A stretch of DNA of 64,000 nt from Candidatus Multivoradales bacterium (GTDB lineage Bacteria > Acidobacteriota > Thermoanaerobaculia > Multivoradales > JAHEKO01). How positions within the stretch are numbered: the stretch's first letter is position 1; each line of letters starts with the position of its first letter. Shown here piece by piece: positions 1 through 8,683 of this stretch. The translations under genes and the position numbers were made by a program. Location of the stretch: assembly GCA_965223155.1 (NCBI GenBank), contig CBDCVR010000014.1, positions 1,216,001 through 1,280,000 on the forward strand, written 5' to 3'. The notes under the pieces were generated by a model, which ran no database searches, was not told where the DNA came from, and saw only the letters and a list, made by a program, of their open reading frames with translations.

Positions 1-525
1 GGACCGATCGAAGCCGAGCTCTTCTTCTATGGCGGCAGGATCCAAGATCGAGACGGCGTGCGGCTTCGAACCAACCCAGACTTCGTCGGCTGTACGCTCG
101 CCGGCAAGACCTATCAAGACACTCCTCGCCCGCTCGCACGGGCTCTCGGCTATTGCCAGCCGAGTCGCGTCTTCTCGGTCAAGTGGTTTGTCCTGGCTAA
201 GGACCCTAAGAAGACGGGGCTCGCGCGCCGCGTTTATAACGATCTCGTCGAACTGGACTGGCCCATCGCACGAGGCAACGCCCTGCTGACGGCAGAACTG
301 GATCAACTGGCCGGCATCGAAGACCTCAGGACAGTCGCGGCCCAGACCGGAGGGGTGTTCCAAACGACGCTATGTGCGTTCGACGCCTATGACGAGTGGT
401 GTGAGATCCAGGTCGTCACCACCGCCGACGGGCACTCGCTGGAACTGTCGACGCCCCTCTACGACGAGATCGCTGAGATCAACAAGACCCTGGGAGTCGA
501 GTTCGAGTTGGAGGGCTATCAGTGA
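1..525 (+). CDS. Hypothetical protein, 5'-partial
   Basis: Frame is open from base 1 (GPIEAELFFYGG...) to TGA at 523-525 with coding-like composition. No family recognised. Confidence 0.6.
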   Translation, partial: GPIEAELFFYGGRIQDRDGVRLRTNPDFVGCTLAGKTYQDTPRPLARALGYCQPSRVFSVKWFVLAKDPKKTGLARRVYNDLVELDWPIARGNALLTAELDQLAGIEDLRTVAAQTGGVFQTTLCAFDAYDEWCEIQVVTTADGHSLELSTPLYDEIAEINKTLGVEFELEGYQ

Positions 526-585
526 CGCTGCGGCCGTTCCTTCGGCGCCGAGCGGACCTTGCCAGACACCAACCGGACGGCTCGG

Positions 586-2829
586 CTAGTTGTAGGTGAC
601 GGTGACCGCCGTGTCGGGGTCCGTGTAGTCGAAGAGCACCGCTTCCTCGCCGATGTCGCGGAGTCTCTTGTCGATAAGCGTCAGCACCTTCTCGCGCCGC
701 TTGAAGAGGGCGGCGATCTCGAACTCCCCGAGGTAAGGGCCGAGCCGCTTGGTCACGAGGTCGCGGTCCAGGTTCCGGATCCGATTCAGCAGCCGGCGTG
801 AGACCCGCCGGATGCGGTCGGGGCCGGGAAGGCTCCGGGAACGGCTGAAGGCGCGGGTGTGATCGATCAGCCAGAACCCGCCCGACTCGTCAAAGAGCAT
901 GTTGCCCTGATTGCGGTCGATGTTGTTGATCAGGTTGTCGAAGACCCACATGTCCGAGATCCTGCGCCGAGCCAGGAGTGTTACCGGCTCGTTGTCGCCG
1001 CCGGCCTCGCGGCGCTCGGTCTCGCTCACGGTCTTCTCGATCCATAGTTGGACCGAGCCCTTCTTGCCGTCCAGGTGGCGAAGAGCCGCGGGGGGTATGT
1101 AGTCCAGTCCCAGAAGGCGGCTCAGCTCGTAGGCGGCCACGTTGTTCTCGTAGGCGTCCCGAAAATACATGATGACCTCGCCGTTGGCGAGCCGCTTGCG
1201 CTCTTCGACGACGTTGACGTCGTGAAAGACGGCGTGGGCGCGAACGCCGTCGCGCTCGAGGGTCAGCTTCTTGGGTTTGGTGACCCCGGTGCCGATATCG
1301 CGGGCTGCGACGATCTCGGCCTCGCGCAAGAACTCCAGGACCTCGGCGTCGCTGCAAAACGGTAGGCGCCCCTCGTCCGGAGCCGCCCAGCTTCGCGGAC
1401 AGTCCGCGGACGGGGTCTCCGGAGTCGCAACCGAATGAGCGGCCACCGAGCCGGTCCGGGTGGCTTCCGCGGCCGGCGGCACCCCGGCCTCGACGGCAGA
1501 CTCGCCGTCCCCTCTGGGTTCCCCCGCCGGTTCGGCAACCGGCGCCGTGGCCGGCCCCGGCGGGGCCGCGTCCGAGATCGCCTCCGTACCCTCGCGGAAG
1601 ACCACTCGGCCATCCAGGTAGACGGCTGAAACCCGGTCGCCGACGATCTCCAAGGCCGCCGGTCTGCCTTGTCCCTCGGCGGCGTAGGCCATGGCGGTAT
1701 CGATCAAGTAGACCCGTCCGTCGAATCGCTCCCGGATCTTGCCCGGCTGCGGGGTGTGTCCGACGACGACACGTTCGCCGCCAAAGGTCTCGAAAATCGT
1801 GGTCAGCGGGCCCTCGGCACTGTCGTCGTCAGGCCACCGGGCGTAGCCCCGGAACCAGAGGGGCCCCCGGCCGTCGAACAGCATCCATCGGTTGGCGTTG
1901 GGCAGGCGCTCCCGGATGGCAGAGAGCTTCTCCAGGCTGCGCTTGACACGGGGATCCGAGCGCCTCGGCGCCAACTCGGCAAGACGCGCATCGAGAGCGC
2001 AGTAGGTATCCGCCAGGGTTGAAAACGGCAGCACCACCCCCTCTCGCATCAGCGTCTCGCGGTCGGCGTCGTACTGCAGAAGCTCGTCCCGCGCGGCCGC
2101 GTTGATCTCCTCCAACGACTCGAGCTCCATGTCCACGAGCTCATGGCTCAGGCCTCCGTGCAGGAAGATCGTCCCGCCCACGCGCGCAACGACCGGCCGC
2201 TCGCGCAACCACTGTCCGTAGCTGCCCCCCGGTCCGATCGCCTCCTGGTACTCCACGAAACCCAGGGGATGGGCGGCCATCCAGTCGTCCTTGGTGGCCG
2301 AGGCGGCCGCGGCGCAGGCCGGAAAGCTGCGCTTCCAGCCGGTCCAGCGCCGGTAGGCCTTCTTGCGCACGCTCTCGGACTCATCGGTCACGAAGGCCGA
2401 CGAGATCGTGGCCCAGGTTTCGAGTGGCGTGGAGTGCTCGTCGAAGAGCCCGATCAGATTGTTGGCCTCGTGATTCCCCAGGGTGGCGACGACCTGCCCG
2501 CCGGCGGCTTCGGCCTCCGTCTGAAGCCGCCGCACGACGTCCAGGGTCTCGCGGACGCGGCCGCCGCGATCCATGAGGTCCCCGGTTTGCACCAGGACGC
2601 TCTCGCCGCCGCTCCAGTGCCCGTCCTCGTCCACCATCTCCGCCGCCCGCAGGATGTCCAGAAAGCCATCCGGGGTGCCGTGGACGTCGCCGACGGCCAC
2701 GATGCGCCGCGACTCGGCGCCCGTCGGCGCGGCGACGAGAACCGCCACGGCAAGGAGCGCCGCGAGCCTGGCCGCTCGCCGGGCAAGCGTCCGCACGCGG
2801 TCTCCAACGAGGATCGTTCCGTACCTCAT
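586..2829 (-). CDS. Secreted calcineurin-like metallophosphoesterase (Shewanella-like phosphatase type) fused to a C-terminal PI3/PI4-kinase-like (HipA/Fam20/CotH-like) domain
   Basis: ATG at 2829 overlaps the upstream TGA. Signal peptide RRAARLAALLAVAVLVAAPTGA. Phosphatase motifs GDVHG, GDLMDRG, GNHE, HGG, GHT. Pro/Ala linker. Kinase-like motifs AAYELSRLLGL..PP, GSVQLW, DNLINNIDRNQGN, IDH. Confidence 0.8.
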   Translation of the reverse strand: MRYGTILVGDRVRTLARRAARLAALLAVAVLVAAPTGAESRRIVAVGDVHGTPDGFLDILRAAEMVDEDGHWSGGESVLVQTGDLMDRGGRVRETLDVVRRLQTEAEAAGGQVVATLGNHEANNLIGLFDEHSTPLETWATISSAFVTDESESVRKKAYRRWTGWKRSFPACAAAASATKDDWMAAHPLGFVEYQEAIGPGGSYGQWLRERPVVARVGGTIFLHGGLSHELVDMELESLEEINAAARDELLQYDADRETLMREGVVLPFSTLADTYCALDARLAELAPRRSDPRVKRSLEKLSAIRERLPNANRWMLFDGRGPLWFRGYARWPDDDSAEGPLTTIFETFGGERVVVGHTPQPGKIRERFDGRVYLIDTAMAYAAEGQGRPAALEIVGDRVSAVYLDGRVVFREGTEAISDAAPPGPATAPVAEPAGEPRGDGESAVEAGVPPAAEATRTGSVAAHSVATPETPSADCPRSWAAPDEGRLPFCSDAEVLEFLREAEIVAARDIGTGVTKPKKLTLERDGVRAHAVFHDVNVVEERKRLANGEVIMYFRDAYENNVAAYELSRLLGLDYIPPAALRHLDGKKGSVQLWIEKTVSETERREAGGDNEPVTLLARRRISDMWVFDNLINNIDRNQGNMLFDESGGFWLIDHTRAFSRSRSLPGPDRIRRVSRRLLNRIRNLDRDLVTKRLGPYLGEFEIAALFKRREKVLTLIDKRLRDIGEEAVLFDYTDPDTAVTVTYN

Positions 2830-3260
2830 CACGCCTCTCCGGCCTCGCCGTCGACCGCCGGACGATCCAGCAGTCTGCGAAACAGGGCCTTGACGATCTC
2901 GATGTTGTTGGCCAGGAGATCGAAAAGATCCTCGGCGTCGATCGCCAGCACCGCCAGGGAATCTCCGGCCACGGCATCGCTCTCGCGCAACCTTCCGCTC
3001 AGGATCTCGCGCACGCCGAAAGCGTCGGGCTGGGCGATCCGGATCTCCCCGCCGGCGCCATCGCGCAGCCGGGCGCCACCCTCGACGACGCAGTACATGC
3101 GATCGGCCGGATCGTTGGCTTGGTAGATGGTCTGGCCGGCCTCGAAGGTCTCGAAGTGCACGATGCCCGAGATGCGCAGGATCTGCTCGGCCGAGCAGGT
3201 CGAGAAGAGTCCCACTCTTTGGAGGAAGACCACGGTTTCGATGCGTGTCGGTTCTCTCAC
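2829..3260 (-). CDS. Stand-alone cyclic-nucleotide-binding domain protein
   Basis: FLQRVGLFS...GQTIYQANDPADRMYCVVEG...FGVREILSGRLRESDAVA. GTGA overlap with the upstream gene. Confidence 0.85.
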   Translation of the reverse strand: MREPTRIETVVFLQRVGLFSTCSAEQILRISGIVHFETFEAGQTIYQANDPADRMYCVVEGGARLRDGAGGEIRIAQPDAFGVREILSGRLRESDAVAGDSLAVLAIDAEDLFDLLANNIEIVKALFRRLLDRPAVDGEAGEA

Positions 3261-6079
3261 CTGACCTCCCGGAAACTGGATTGCAATTGTCCCGCCACCC
3301 AGGTGGCGGTCTCACCGACGAAGGCGTCTTCGGCGCTCGTAAGCTCGCGCACCCGCTCCAGCATGGCGGTATCTCCGGAGCGTCCCACGGCAAAGAGCGC
3401 GGCGACCGCCAGAAACGTCCAGTCGGCATCCTGCTCGGCGGCCGGCTCGAGACACCGTTCGAGCACGTCGGGGCGCGTCGTTCTGGCCACTCCCAGAAGC
3501 TCGCGCCCGTGCACCAAGGCATCCGCCTCGGTAGGCTGATCCAGCACACCCATGACGGTCCGGCGCATGCCCGCGTCCAGACAGTTGTCCAGAAACTCGA
3601 GCGCGCTTCCCCTCTCGACCGCCCGCTTACTCGCCAGCCCGCGGCGCACGGCCGCTACGTGCTCCGGGGGCATCGACAAACTCAAGAGCCCAAAGACATT
3701 GTCAAGATGCTCGCATGCGCGCTCGTGCAGGAGCTGTCCGAGGAGCGCCGTCGGCTCGCCTCCTCCAGAGAGGGCCTCGACCTCCTCCAGGCGCCGGCAA
3801 TAGCGGCCAAGCTCCTCATGGATCTGGACCGAGACCTGGGTCGCGTGGCCGGGGCCGGTGACGTCCTCGCGGGCGGTGACCAGAGCCTCGACCGTCTTGC
3901 GGCGCAAGAAGGGATCCTGCTGGTGACCCAGATTCTCGAGCAGGCTCACCGGCCCGTCGCGGGTACCCAGAAGCGCGATGGTCTTGGGCAGCGCCCGGCG
4001 CACCCACATGTGCTCGTCGGTGTCGTTCAAGAAGTGAAGCAACGAGGGCAGCACCGGCTCACCAAAGGCCACTAAAGCCTCACGGACGGTGTGCTTCAAT
4101 CTCCGGTTGCGGAGCAGGCTGATCAAGGTCGGAATGTAGATCGGGGTCCAGCCGTCGCGCACGATCCGCCGGCGCACCGCACCGATGGCTTCGGCCACCA
4201 CCCGCCAATCCCGGTCGTAGAGGAGCCGCATGAGCTCGCTCTGAAAGGTTGGCTCGGCGAGCGCGCCCAGGCAGCGAGCCGCCTCGATACGGACCTTGGG
4301 CTCGGCATCGAGCAGCATGTCGGCGAGCGACCGCTTCGCCGCCTCCGGCACCTCGCCGTCCTCGCCGGCGAGACAGACGATCGCGGCCGCCCGGATGGCC
4401 GGGTCGGGATCGGCCAGGCGCGGACGCATGAGCTCGCCGACCGCCTCGTGGCGCAGGTGCGCCAGGACCCGGATCGCCGCCGCCTGGACCTCGACGTGCT
4501 CGTCGCTCAAACGCTTCTCGATCAGCGGCAAAGCGTCTGCGCGGCGGGCGCTCGCCAGAATCGACAGGGTCCGGCGGCGCACTTCGGGGTCGTCGTGGTA
4601 GAGCAGCAGCGGCGGCACCAGCCGGCCCTTGCCGTGGGACGCCAAGAGATCCAGGCTATGGAGCACCTGGCGAGGATCGGCGCTCCCCAGAGACTCGACC
4701 AGGATCTCCAGGGTGGCGGCGTCGGAGAAATCGATGGGCGTCGCTTCCTGTTCCCGGCGGCTGTCGAGCCGACCATGAAAGGCCCGCACGTATTCCCGGT
4801 AAAGACCGGGCAGAAGCAGCAGCCAGATCGAGAGAATGCCCAGGTTGAGCCACCCTGCCTGGACCGGGCTCGCCCAACCCAGGGCCACCGGCAGGAGAAG
4901 AAGGGCCGCCAGGCCCTTGCCGCCGCGCTGCAACAGGACGTCGATCACGGCCTTGGCCCGCACCCGCAGGTCCTCGGCCACCGGCACGAACAGCAGCTCC
5001 CGCGTCGACTGGTCCAGGGAGTAGCGCAAGCCGTTTTCCCCGACCTTCAGAGCCAGTCCGGCAAAGAGCAGCGCGGCCGGCCAGAAGCTTGCCGCCAGGA
5101 CCAGAGCGGCGGTGCCGGCGAGCAGCGACGTCGGCAGCACCCGGAGCGCGAAGCCGACCCCGAGCGAGCGATGGATGCGCGAGGTCCACAGGATCTGGAA
5201 CACCGCCGCCGCCACGCCCATCACGCTGTAGAAATTGCCGAAGAAGGCCGTCCGGTCGGCGAGCCCGGACGTGGCGCGCTCGACCACCCAGTTGAATTGC
5301 AGATCCACGACCTGGGCGGCGATCATCGACAGCATCAGGACCGCCGAGACGCGGCGCAGGAACCGTGAGTCCCAAACCTCGCGTAGGCCGGCGGCGACCC
5401 GCTCCTTGCCGGACGCCTTGCGCTCCCCGTCCTCAGTCTCGCCGCCGCCATCGGCCAGAAACGCCGACGCCGCCGCCAGGGCCAGAAGAGCGGCCGCGGC
5501 CAGCAGGGTGGCGCGGACTCCGGCGGCGGCCGAAACCAGGCGCGCCACCTGGCCGCCCGCGATCCCGCCCAGGATGGCGCCGGCTCCGAGAAAGCCGAAC
5601 AGGCGCTTGGCCTGGCGGGGGTCCAGGACCACTCCGGCCACCGACCAAACCAGGCTCAGGTTGAGACCGATCGCGACCGTGATCCAGAGATAGAAGGCGA
5701 AGGGCACCCAGGGCTCGGACAACCCGAAGAGCCACCAGAAGGCCACCAGACTGGCGGCCGAGCCGGTCGCCGTGAGGCCCAGGACCTGGGCCGGCCGGTA
5801 GCGGGCCAGCAGAGCCTCGTAGACCTTGAGCGCCGGGAACGAGACCACCGGCACCAGCAGGTACACCCAGGGTAGCCGCTCGGCGCCGAAGGCGTCCAGA
5901 AACGATGCCTGGCGCACCGTCTTGGCCACGTACTGAAAGGTGAGCGAAAAGAAAAAGCCCAGAAACAGCAGGATGGCGAGCCGGGTTTCTCCCGCCCGGA
6001 GATCGACGCCGAGCGCGCGGACAAACGGGCGCAAGGTGAATCCGGCCGGGCCGGTTTCTGGGTCTCGGCGCGACGCCAT
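3257..6079 (-). CDS. NTT/TLC (Npt1-like) ATP/ADP-translocase-family MFS transporter fused to HEAT repeats
   Basis: About 12 TM helices with KTVRQASFL, QAKRLFG..GAGAILGGIAG, LRYSLDQSTRELLFVPV and RAKAVID, followed by HEAT-like repeats (DDPEVRRR, DPDPAIRAAA). Confidence 0.85.
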   Translation of the reverse strand: MASRRDPETGPAGFTLRPFVRALGVDLRAGETRLAILLFLGFFFSLTFQYVAKTVRQASFLDAFGAERLPWVYLLVPVVSFPALKVYEALLARYRPAQVLGLTATGSAASLVAFWWLFGLSEPWVPFAFYLWITVAIGLNLSLVWSVAGVVLDPRQAKRLFGFLGAGAILGGIAGGQVARLVSAAAGVRATLLAAAALLALAAASAFLADGGGETEDGERKASGKERVAAGLREVWDSRFLRRVSAVLMLSMIAAQVVDLQFNWVVERATSGLADRTAFFGNFYSVMGVAAAVFQILWTSRIHRSLGVGFALRVLPTSLLAGTAALVLAASFWPAALLFAGLALKVGENGLRYSLDQSTRELLFVPVAEDLRVRAKAVIDVLLQRGGKGLAALLLLPVALGWASPVQAGWLNLGILSIWLLLLPGLYREYVRAFHGRLDSRREQEATPIDFSDAATLEILVESLGSADPRQVLHSLDLLASHGKGRLVPPLLLYHDDPEVRRRTLSILASARRADALPLIEKRLSDEHVEVQAAAIRVLAHLRHEAVGELMRPRLADPDPAIRAAAIVCLAGEDGEVPEAAKRSLADMLLDAEPKVRIEAARCLGALAEPTFQSELMRLLYDRDWRVVAEAIGAVRRRIVRDGWTPIYIPTLISLLRNRRLKHTVREALVAFGEPVLPSLLHFLNDTDEHMWVRRALPKTIALLGTRDGPVSLLENLGHQQDPFLRRKTVEALVTAREDVTGPGHATQVSVQIHEELGRYCRRLEEVEALSGGGEPTALLGQLLHERACEHLDNVFGLLSLSMPPEHVAAVRRGLASKRAVERGSALEFLDNCLDAGMRRTVMGVLDQPTEADALVHGRELLGVARTTRPDVLERCLEPAAEQDADWTFLAVAALFAVGRSGDTAMLERVRELTSAEDAFVGETATWVAGQLQSSFREVR

Positions 6080-6147
6080 GATTTGGCACTCCGACCACGG
6101 TCGGGGACTTCGGCATTATAGGCGCTGCTCTGCGGCGTATCCGCTGG

Positions 6148-6789
6148 ATGCATCCGGCCGGAGTTGCCGCAGGCGCCCCGCCGCCGTACAGTCACGTCGT
6201 GCGCCGGCCGGAGCCATCGAAGCAATCGGAGCCAGCTGAGCCAGCTGAGCCAGCGGAGCCAGCTGAGCCAGCGGAGGCATCGGAGCAGGGCACCGTCTCG
6301 GATTGGGACATCGTGCCGCTGACCCGTCCCGACTTCGAGCAGATCTTGAACGAGTTTTCTTCGTTCTGGGACACCGAGGCCACCCGCCCGCGGCATCATC
6401 CGATGTTCCTCGAGGAATTCGGCGACTCGGCCTGGGTGATTCGCGACCCCGACCAGCCGGCGCCCACGGTCGCCGCCTATCTTCTCGGTTTTCTCGCCCA
6501 GACCGCTCCCTACGCCTACGTCCACATGGTGGCGGTGCGGCGCGGCTACCGGCGCCGCGGCCTGGCCGAGAGCCTGTACCGGCATTTCATCGAGTTCGCT
6601 CGCCGCAGCGGCTGCAGCCAGCTCAAGGCGACCGCGGATCCCGGCAACCATCGTTCGATCGGATTCCATAGGGCCCTGGGTATGGCCACCATCGGCGGCA
6701 CCGCCGACTCCGCCGGCACCGTCGGGGTGGTCGCGGACTACGGTGGCCCCGGCATCGATCGGGTGGTCTTCACCCTGGAGATCGCCTGA
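6148..6789 (+). CDS. GNAT family N-acetyltransferase with low-complexity N-terminus (start uncertain)
   Basis: YVHMVAVRRGYRRRGLAESLY (motif A), N..SIGFHRALG, DYGGPGIDRVVF. Confidence 0.85.
   Translation: MHPAGVAAGAPPPYSHVVRRPEPSKQSEPAEPAEPAEPAEPAEASEQGTVSDWDIVPLTRPDFEQILNEFSSFWDTEATRPRHHPMFLEEFGDSAWVIRDPDQPAPTVAAYLLGFLAQTAPYAYVHMVAVRRGYRRRGLAESLYRHFIEFARRSGCSQLKATADPGNHRSIGFHRALGMATIGGTADSAGTVGVVADYGGPGIDRVVFTLEIA
6211..6291 (+). repeat. 9-bp tandem repeat (GAGCCAGCK), about 9 copies, encoding (EPA)n
   Basis: Five near-perfect units at 6229-6273 plus degenerate flanking units. Confidence 0.85.
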
Positions 6790-6818
6790 GCGGCCTCTCG
6801 GAGCACCGGGCGCGGGAG

Positions 6819-7487
6819 GTGGAGATTCCGCTCGCCGGCGGCGCCCGGGTCTCGGGTCTGCTCATCCGGCCGGACGACGCCCGAGCGCTCTACGTCTTGG
6901 GCCACGGCGCCGGTGCGGGCATGACCCACCCGGTCCTCGAGACCCTGGCAGCCCGATTCGCCGCCGCCGGCATCGCGACCTTGCGCTATCAGTTTCCCTA
7001 CATGGATGCGGGACGCCGAGCGCCCGACCGCCGGCCGGTGCTACTCGACGCGGTCGAGGCCGCGGCGGCCCGAGCCGCGCGGCTCGCACCCGAGCTGCCC
7101 CTGGTCGCCGGCGGCAAGTCGATGGGCGGCAGGATGGCCTCGATGGCGGCGGCCGAGAACCGGCTTGCCGCCGTCTCGGCTCTTGTCTTCGTCGGTTTTC
7201 CGCTCCATCCGGCCGGACGGCCCGGCACCGAGCGCGCAACCCACCTCGAGCGGGTCGGAAGGCCCATGCTCTTTCTGCAAGGAACCCGGGACCGGCTCGC
7301 CGACCTCACTCTGCTCGAGCCCATTGTGCGCGGCTTCGGCCCGCCCTCGCGGACCCACGTCGTCGAGGACGCCGATCACTCCTTTGCCATGACCAAGCGC
7401 AGCGGGCGCACCAGGGACGAGGTCCTGGACGAGCTCGCGGTCATCACCGCGGCCTGGATCGGCGAGGTCGTGGCCGGCGCCGCCTAG
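6819..7487 (+). CDS. Alpha/beta hydrolase (KANL3/Tex30-like)
   Basis: HGAGAGM, GKSMGG nucleophile elbow, QGTRD, ADHSF. Confidence 0.9.
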   Translation: MEIPLAGGARVSGLLIRPDDARALYVLGHGAGAGMTHPVLETLAARFAAAGIATLRYQFPYMDAGRRAPDRRPVLLDAVEAAAARAARLAPELPLVAGGKSMGGRMASMAAAENRLAAVSALVFVGFPLHPAGRPGTERATHLERVGRPMLFLQGTRDRLADLTLLEPIVRGFGPPSRTHVVEDADHSFAMTKRSGRTRDEVLDELAVITAAWIGEVVAGAA

Positions 7488-7506
7488 CGACGGTAGCGAC
7501 CAGCTC

Positions 7507-7560
7507 GGATCGACTTCGAAGCGGCTCGAATCGGCTTCGAGTTGACTTCGAATTGACTTC
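7507..7560 (+). repeat. Five imperfect ~11-bp direct repeats (consensus GAATYGRCTTC)
   Basis: GGATCGACTTC GAAGCGGCTC GAATCGGCTTC GAGTTGACTTC GAATTGACTTC, upstream of the NAD regulator gene. Confidence 0.65.
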
Positions 7561-7591
7561 AATCCCGGGGGGATCAGTCTATGCTAGGTCG

Positions 7592-8581
7592 ATGAGCAGC
7601 AGCGTCTCGGTGGGCCTCAATGCCGTAGTCATCGCGGTCACGGATGAAGAGCCCCGAGTGTTGGTCCTAAGACCGGCCGACGGTGCCCGGCCCTCCCCCC
7701 TGCCCTTCGGCCCGCTCGAGCCAGATGCCCATCGCACCCTCGAGCTGGGACTTCGAGCGTGGGTCCGGGAGCGCACCGGCCTGGACCTCGGCTACGTCGA
7801 ACAGCTCTACACCTTTGGAGACCGCAACCGGCAGCGGCAGGAAAGTCACTCCGAACGCGTGCTCTCGATCGCCTACCTGGCGCTGGTCAACGAGCCCGCG
7901 GGCGGCGCGGAAGGGGTCTCGTGGCGACCGGTGTACAGCTATCTACCGTGGGAGGACTGGCGCGAAGGACGGCCCGCCGTCCTCGACCGGCGCATCATTC
8001 CGGCGCTGCGCGGCTGGGCCGATCGCGGCGGACACAGCGCCGACCGGCGGGCGAAGCGCGAGCGCCTCGAGATCACCTTCGGACGGGCCGGCGCTCCATG
8101 GAATGGCGATCGCGTGCTCGAGCGCTACGAGCTCCTCTACGAAGCCGGCCTGGTTGCCGAGGCGGCGCGGCAGGAAGGCGGCGGCGAGGGTGCCGGTTCC
8201 GGAGAGTCCGGGGAGGACGCAGAACTCGGGGAGCCGGGGTTCGGCCGCGAGATGCCGTTCGACCACCGCCGCATTCTGGCCACCGCGCTCGGACGCCTGC
8301 GCGGCAAGATCCGGTACCGGCCGGTGATCTTCGAGCTCATGCCGCCGACCTTTACCCTCTTCCAGCTCCAGCGCACGGTCGAAGCTCTGGCGGGCGTACG
8401 CCTGCACAAGCAGAACTTCCGGCGGCTCGTGGACAAGGGCGGCCTGGTCGAAGGCACCGGCCGCATCGAGCGCAACACCGGCGGCCGGCCCGCTGAGCTC
8501 TTCCGGTTTCGCCACGAGGTGCTGCGGGAGCGTCCGGCTCCGGGCGTCGGCCTGCCCGGGCACCGCGGTCCGGGGGCTTGA
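7592..8581 (+). CDS. nadQ: NAD biosynthesis repressor, NadQ (COG4111)/NrtR-like Nudix-wHTH
   Basis: GLNAVVIAV, HRTLELGLRAWV, GYVEQLYTFGD, DHRRILATALGRLRGK, HKQNFRR, GGRPAELFRF. Lies directly upstream of nadABC. Confidence 0.85.
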   Translation: MSSSVSVGLNAVVIAVTDEEPRVLVLRPADGARPSPLPFGPLEPDAHRTLELGLRAWVRERTGLDLGYVEQLYTFGDRNRQRQESHSERVLSIAYLALVNEPAGGAEGVSWRPVYSYLPWEDWREGRPAVLDRRIIPALRGWADRGGHSADRRAKRERLEITFGRAGAPWNGDRVLERYELLYEAGLVAEAARQEGGGEGAGSGESGEDAELGEPGFGREMPFDHRRILATALGRLRGKIRYRPVIFELMPPTFTLFQLQRTVEALAGVRLHKQNFRRLVDKGGLVEGTGRIERNTGGRPAELFRFRHEVLRERPAPGVGLPGHRGPGA

Positions 8582-8599
8582 CGGCCGCCCCAGACCTTC

Positions 8600-8620
8600 T
8601 TATACTCAAATTCAGCATTG
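8600..8620. promoter_or_regulatory. NadQ-type operator 1
   Basis: TTATACTCAAATTCAGCATTG resembles the ttATRCTCannntGAGYATaa palindrome recalled for NadQ. Confidence 0.75.
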
Positions 8621-8653
8621 ATCCGGCCTCGGCCGGCTTCTCTTGACTCCCAA

Positions 8654-8674
8654 TAATACTCAATCCGAGAATAA
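8654..8674. promoter_or_regulatory. NadQ-type operator 2, overlapping the probable nadA promoter and RBS
   Basis: TAATACTCAATCCGAGAATAA. TTGACT (-35-like) at 8643-8648 and GAGAAT at 8667-8672. Confidence 0.7.
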
Positions 8675-8683
8675 GAGGTCCCC

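Noticed and set aside
2830-3549. N-terminal 240 aa of the 987-aa ORF-track call
   Set aside because: It overlaps two real genes in other frames; ATG 2829 with a signal peptide is the better start.
6743-7591. Apparent long N-terminal extension of the NAD regulator
   Set aside because: Shadow frame over the alpha/beta hydrolase; family similarity begins at ATG 7592.
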